Below, piece after piece: positions 59,777 to 64,000 of a stretch of DNA of 64,000 nt. The translations under genes were made by a program, and so were the position numbers. The stretch spans positions 32,001 to 96,000 of the forward strand of contig JBBILD010000005.1 in the NCBI GenBank assembly GCA_037445065.1, read 5' to 3'. Below the pieces are notes generated by a model. That model did no database searches, was not told where the DNA came from, and worked only from the letters and a program-made list of their open reading frames with translations. The stretch is from Myxococcales bacterium. Its GTDB lineage: Bacteria > Desulfobacterota > Binatia > HRBIN30. Position 1 is the stretch's first letter. Each line of letters starts with the position of its first letter.

Positions 59777-61249
59777 TTACCCGCCCAAAACAAACTCGGT
59801 TTCGCTTTCGTGGTCGTGGTGGCGCTGGTGACCTGAACTGCCGCTGATCCGCTTTAGCTGTTGAGCCAAATCGGTGACGTTTCTTTCGCGGTCAAAGTTC
59901 TCGATGACCCGCCTTCGGCCCGCTGCGGCCAAGCGAGTCCGTGTTACGGGGTGGTCCAATAGCTCGTCAATGGCCGTTGCAAGTTGCGCGGGATCGCCGG
60001 GCGGGACTAAGCGCCCATGAACGCCGTCTTCGATCAACTCGCGTATCCCTGGTAAAGCGCTGCTGACCACCGGGAGTTGCATGGCCATGGCTTCAACCAA
60101 CACGTTGGGAATCACGTCCTGGCGCCCAGCGCGCTCGACGATCGTGCTTGCCAAAACGAACACGTCTGCTTCCGCGTAGCGCAGTGCGGCACGTTCCTGA
60201 CTGAGCGCTCCGGTGAATTCCACTCGGTCGCGCACGCCCAGTTCCTCCGCCAATCGCTCCAGCGCACGCCGTTGCGGCCCGTCGCCGATGATGACGCAAT
60301 CGGCCTCATGCCGCATCTTGGCCAGAGCCGCGATCAGCACGTGGTGTCCTTTATAGATGCGCAGCGACCCGCAACTCACAATGCGGGCACGCGTGCCCAC
60401 CGTCTGTGGCTTCGGCCGCGGAGCGAAACGCTTCAAGTCCACGCCGTGATAGTTGACGAGCAGCCGCGCCTGCTGCCCGCCGCGCAAGCCGCGCAGGAAC
60501 TCTGCATTGACCCGCGCGCAGGTCACCACCAGTTCGGCTTCTCGCAGCTTTACTGGGAGTAAAATGGGCATCAAGTAAATGTCGTACGCATGCGCAGTGA
60601 AGCTAAAACGAATCCCGAACAGCCACTTGAGATAAAGCGCCACAGTCGTAGAAAACGTCGCCCAGTGAGCGTGTACCAATGCCACCCGCTCGTGCCGCAA
60701 AACCTCACCGAGAAACGCTGCCAGCGGCAGGAGCGCCAACGAGCGAAACAGGTAGACGGACGGACTGGTATTCACGACTTCTTCCAGGCGGCCCCTCCAA
60801 CCAGCCGAAGGGTAAACCTGCGCGCGCGAACCCCGCTGGCGGAGCAGATCCATCTCGCGGTCTTGCCTCCACTCTGCCAACACCCGCCGTACCACCCACC
60901 CGTACCGCCCCGGCAAAGAACGGAGGACTTGCAGGTTTGCCTTCCAAACCTCAGGCGCGAGCGGACTCGGGAGATACCGTACTCGCTCGAGGAGCGGCCT
61001 CGCCTCGGGCTGCTGCTTGCTCTCTGGAGCGGCTGGTTTGATCGAGTAAAAGCTCAGCGGTAAGCCGCGCTCTTGCAGGGCCAGTGCCTCCCACAGCACG
61101 AAGGTCTGGTGCAATACCGGGAAGGCTGGGTAGAGCATCGCGATCCGACCGCCGTCTGCTGCCTCGCACCGCGAGCCCCCAAAACCTGCATTCGCTGTTT
61201 GCGCTTGCTGTTGGCCAAACGAGTCGGTCCTACGCTCCCTCAGGGCCAC
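59777..61249 (-). CDS. GT4 glycosyltransferase (WcaL-like)
   Basis: HAHWA, SFTAHAYDIY, YHGVD and DVIPNVLVEAMAM. The start is uncertain. Confidence 0.88.
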   Translation of the reverse strand: MALRERRTDSFGQQQAQTANAGFGGSRCEAADGGRIAMLYPAFPVLHQTFVLWEALALQERGLPLSFYSIKPAAPESKQQPEARPLLERVRYLPSPLAPEVWKANLQVLRSLPGRYGWVVRRVLAEWRQDREMDLLRQRGSRAQVYPSAGWRGRLEEVVNTSPSVYLFRSLALLPLAAFLGEVLRHERVALVHAHWATFSTTVALYLKWLFGIRFSFTAHAYDIYLMPILLPVKLREAELVVTCARVNAEFLRGLRGGQQARLLVNYHGVDLKRFAPRPKPQTVGTRARIVSCGSLRIYKGHHVLIAALAKMRHEADCVIIGDGPQRRALERLAEELGVRDRVEFTGALSQERAALRYAEADVFVLASTIVERAGRQDVIPNVLVEAMAMQLPVVSSALPGIRELIEDGVHGRLVPPGDPAQLATAIDELLDHPVTRTRLAAAGRRRVIENFDRERNVTDLAQQLKRISGSSGHQRHHDHESETEFVLGG

Positions 61250-61258
61250 GAGTCCGAC

Positions 61259-62710
61259 CTACGACACCAGCGCTGCCGGCCCGGGGTTCACCACAGCGCC
61301 GTTACCGTTTCCGTGTGTCGCGGCCCCCAGCAGGGCGTGCAGAGCAGGCACAACGCGCACCTCCACACCATTTTGAGCGCAGATGCTCGCCACCTCCTCT
61401 GCGACGACCTGGCTCACGTCAGCCATGCAAAGGAACACGACGTCTACTTTTTCCGCGGAAAGAGCCAAGCCGAGTTCTGCGGTCCCACCCAAGACCCGCA
61501 CCCCATGGATGCGGCTGCCCCAGCGCTCTGCAGCCTCATCAATGAAGCCAACTGGGGAATAGGCAGACAGCGGCTCTTCCAGCAACGCTCGGCACATCTG
61601 CTCGCCGCCGAGACCAGTCCCCACGATCAGAGCTCGCTGCTTCTGCACCTGCCGAGAGCGAGGTTGGTGACGGAGCCAAGCACGCAAGGCGCCGCGCATC
61701 GCTCCCGAGAACAGCAAGAGCAAGGCCCAATCGATCAAAAAGACCGACCGTGGGTGATACTGCATTCCCAAGAAATACGCTGCGGCTGCAACAAGAACCG
61801 AACCCGCCGTCACCGCCTTGGCCAAGGTTAGGTAATCCCAGAGGCTGAAGTAGCGCAACATGCTTTGGTACACGCCGAAATACGCCGTGGTGAGCGGCCG
61901 CACGATGGCAATAAGAGCCAGCGTTTTAACCACGTAGCTGGCGGCTGGGATCTCCCAATCGAAGCGAATTGCCAATGCCAGCAAGTACGTACCCACAGCG
62001 AGTGCTATGTCCGCAAGCATTAGGGCAATCCGCTTCCGTCGCTGCCACAGGTAACGTGCTCGGATCGCGCCTCGCACGGTAGCCCAGGCCCCCCCGGCAA
62101 GGAACTTTACGTCTCCCCAAAAACTTTGGGTCCGCACGTATTCCAAGTCCCTCGCTAGTTTGTCGGGCAAAATATGCCGGATGTAGTATGCCTCGGTGTC
62201 CTTGAGCCCGTCCGGATACTGCTCCGTTTCATCGCGTCCATGAATTTGGCTCGGCCCGAAAATCCCCGGTTGGACAGACAAGACTTCCCTTTGCTCCGGG
62301 TTATAGAAGGCGACGAAATACGGGTCCTCGGGTCGCGGTCCGACGAAGCTCATTTCACCCCGCAGCACGTTGATCAGCTGGGGTAATTCGTCAATCTTGG
62401 ACCAGCGTAGAAACTTCCCGAAGCGAGTCACGCGAGGGTCCCGCTTCGTGGTCAAGCGGGAACCCATTTTATACGCTCCGTCCACCATGGTCCGGAACTT
62501 ATAAATCTCGAACAGTTGTCCGCCGCGGCCCACCCGCCGCTGTCGGAAAAACACCGGCCCCGGCGAATCGAGACGGATTAGAACTGCTACAACGGCAAAC
62601 AACGGGGCTAGCAAAATCAGTCCGAACAGTGCGAGCGACACATCCAGGACGCGCTTCGCTAAACGCCCGCTCGGTGTCATGCGCTGCGCGACACGCCACT
62701 GTTCGCCCAT
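61259..62710 (-). CDS. Priming phosphoglycosyl transferase (bacterial sugar transferase domain) fused to a C-terminal membrane plus Rossmann-like region
   Basis: [32 protein letters not shown] at the N-terminus, then 4 TM helices and [10 protein letters not shown]...VGFIDE. Confidence 0.9.
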   Translation of the reverse strand: MGEQWRVAQRMTPSGRLAKRVLDVSLALFGLILLAPLFAVVAVLIRLDSPGPVFFRQRRVGRGGQLFEIYKFRTMVDGAYKMGSRLTTKRDPRVTRFGKFLRWSKIDELPQLINVLRGEMSFVGPRPEDPYFVAFYNPEQREVLSVQPGIFGPSQIHGRDETEQYPDGLKDTEAYYIRHILPDKLARDLEYVRTQSFWGDVKFLAGGAWATVRGAIRARYLWQRRKRIALMLADIALAVGTYLLALAIRFDWEIPAASYVVKTLALIAIVRPLTTAYFGVYQSMLRYFSLWDYLTLAKAVTAGSVLVAAAAYFLGMQYHPRSVFLIDWALLLLFSGAMRGALRAWLRHQPRSRQVQKQRALIVGTGLGGEQMCRALLEEPLSAYSPVGFIDEAAERWGSRIHGVRVLGGTAELGLALSAEKVDVVFLCMADVSQVVAEEVASICAQNGVEVRVVPALHALLGAATHGNGNGAVVNPGPAALVS

Positions 62711-62738
62711 CTCTCTACCTCCCGATGCGCTCCCGCTT

Positions 62739-63947
62739 TCAACGACGGCAGGCCCGCAGCACTGAGCGCAGCCGGTCTGCCACGTAAAAAACGTCTTGAT
62801 CCGTCAGAAGTGTGTAAAAAGGAAGCGAAAGAATCGTTTCGGAAGCATGCGAGGCAACAGGGAACTCCTCCGGTCGCAAACCGAACCGATTCCGATAATA
62901 CGAATGGCAGTGAAGTGGGATGAAGTGGACCTGGGTCCCAATGCCCTCTGCCTTGAGCAGTTCGATCAGTTCATCTCTGTGGATCCGCAGCCGTTCCGGG
63001 CGCAACCGAACGACATATAGATGCCAGGCGTGCTCGACGTCTGCACGGACCTGGGGCAGCTGCAGTTCGTCCACATCCCGCAAAGCCTCGGAATACAGAG
63101 CGGCCAAGGCTTGGCGACGCCGGTGGAACTCCGGCAAACGCCGGAGCTGCACCAGCCCAAGGGCCGCGGCGAGATCCGTCATGTTGTATTTGAACCCTGG
63201 GTACAGCACGTCGTAACGCCACGAGCCTTCGTTGCTGTACCGCCGCCAGGCATCACGGCTCATGCCGTGCAGCCGGCGAATTCGCACCCGCTCTGCCCAC
63301 TCCCCATTTGCGGTGGTCACCATCCCACCTTCGCCGGTGCACAAGTTCTTGGTGGCGTAAAAACTAAACGCCGTGAAATCGCCGATCGTTCCGATGCGCC
63401 GCCCCTTGTAAGCAGCTGGCAGGGCATGAGCGGCGTCTTCGATCACGACCGCTCCAGCCTGACGCGCTAAGTCCAAGAGCTCGTCCATCGGCGCCGGGTG
63501 CCCTGCAAAGTGCACCGGCACGATGGCTCGGGTACGAGGGCTAATCTTCCGCGCCACATCCGCTGGGTCCATGTTGAGCGTGTCTGGCGACACGTCCACC
63601 AGCACCGGTTGGGCCCCCGCGTGGATGATCGTGGCCGCAGTCGCAGTAAAGGTCAGGGTGCTGGTGATCACTTCATCCCCTGGTTGCAATTCGAGTGTAT
63701 CCAGGGCTAGGTGCAACGCAGCCGTACAGGAATTCACGGCCACCGCGTGCGGGCTTCCGATAAACTGGGCAAACTCCTGCTCAAACTGCTGGGTTCGGGG
63801 ACCAACGGTCACCCACCCGGACCGCAACGTCTCGACTACGGCTTGGATTTCGGCCTCACCGAGGTCCGGCCGGTAAAAAGGCACGGTGTGCCGCTCCCCG
63901 GAGTGCCAAACAGCGCTGTTTCCCGGTTGTTTGCTAGCCATGTTCAT
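62739..63947 (-). CDS. DegT/DnrJ/EryC1/StrS family PLP aminotransferase
   Basis: NSCTAALHL, EDAAHA, FSFYATKN (PLP Lys) and GEGGM. Confidence 0.95.
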   Translation of the reverse strand: MNMASKQPGNSAVWHSGERHTVPFYRPDLGEAEIQAVVETLRSGWVTVGPRTQQFEQEFAQFIGSPHAVAVNSCTAALHLALDTLELQPGDEVITSTLTFTATAATIIHAGAQPVLVDVSPDTLNMDPADVARKISPRTRAIVPVHFAGHPAPMDELLDLARQAGAVVIEDAAHALPAAYKGRRIGTIGDFTAFSFYATKNLCTGEGGMVTTANGEWAERVRIRRLHGMSRDAWRRYSNEGSWRYDVLYPGFKYNMTDLAAALGLVQLRRLPEFHRRRQALAALYSEALRDVDELQLPQVRADVEHAWHLYVVRLRPERLRIHRDELIELLKAEGIGTQVHFIPLHCHSYYRNRFGLRPEEFPVASHASETILSLPFYTLLTDQDVFYVADRLRSVLRACRR

Positions 63948-64000
63948 CTCTTCGCGTCGCGGACGTAACTCCGGTTCGCGGCCAGATCTCGAGACCTTGC

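Overview
High-GC, gene-dense bacterial chromosomal window with about 57 CDSs. I see no rRNA, tRNA, CRISPR array, transposase or phage genes. The gene content, including a dockerin-like Ca-binding tail, suggests a deltaproteobacterial or Binatota-like organism, but that is inference. There are four blocks. (1) 1.7-6.0 kb: a tightly packed operon behind a Fur-box-like palindrome, encoding a coiled-coil outer-membrane beta-barrel, an exported FMN-binding protein, a His-bearing 4-TM membrane protein, a divergent ApbE flavin transferase, Bfd and bacterioferritin. This looks like a flavinylation-based, TonB-independent iron reduction, uptake and storage system and is the best candidate for an undescribed system. 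(2) 6-21 kb: ogt, an orphan ABC permease, a DUF4838-like protein, sppA, a MATE transporter, asd, a GldA/F/G-like ABC system, YqeY and a 14-repeat FG-GAP protein. (3) 21-33 kb, minus strand: lepA, a UDP-glucuronate/UDP-xylose block, mtnP, rlmN, ndk, sucD and crcB. (4) 33.3-64 kb, minus strand: a >30 kb surface-glycan cluster that probably continues past the right edge. It is unusually rich in tailoring enzymes: a carbamoyltransferase with SGNH and SxtK-like partners, a Rieske-less NamH/CMAH-like enzyme, an HPr-kinase-like P-loop protein, two methyltransferases, an acyltransferase, an AlkP-superfamily enzyme, a three-module beta-helix protein and a domain-inverted priming phosphoglycosyl transferase. 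All family calls come from motif recognition by eye; no database search was run.
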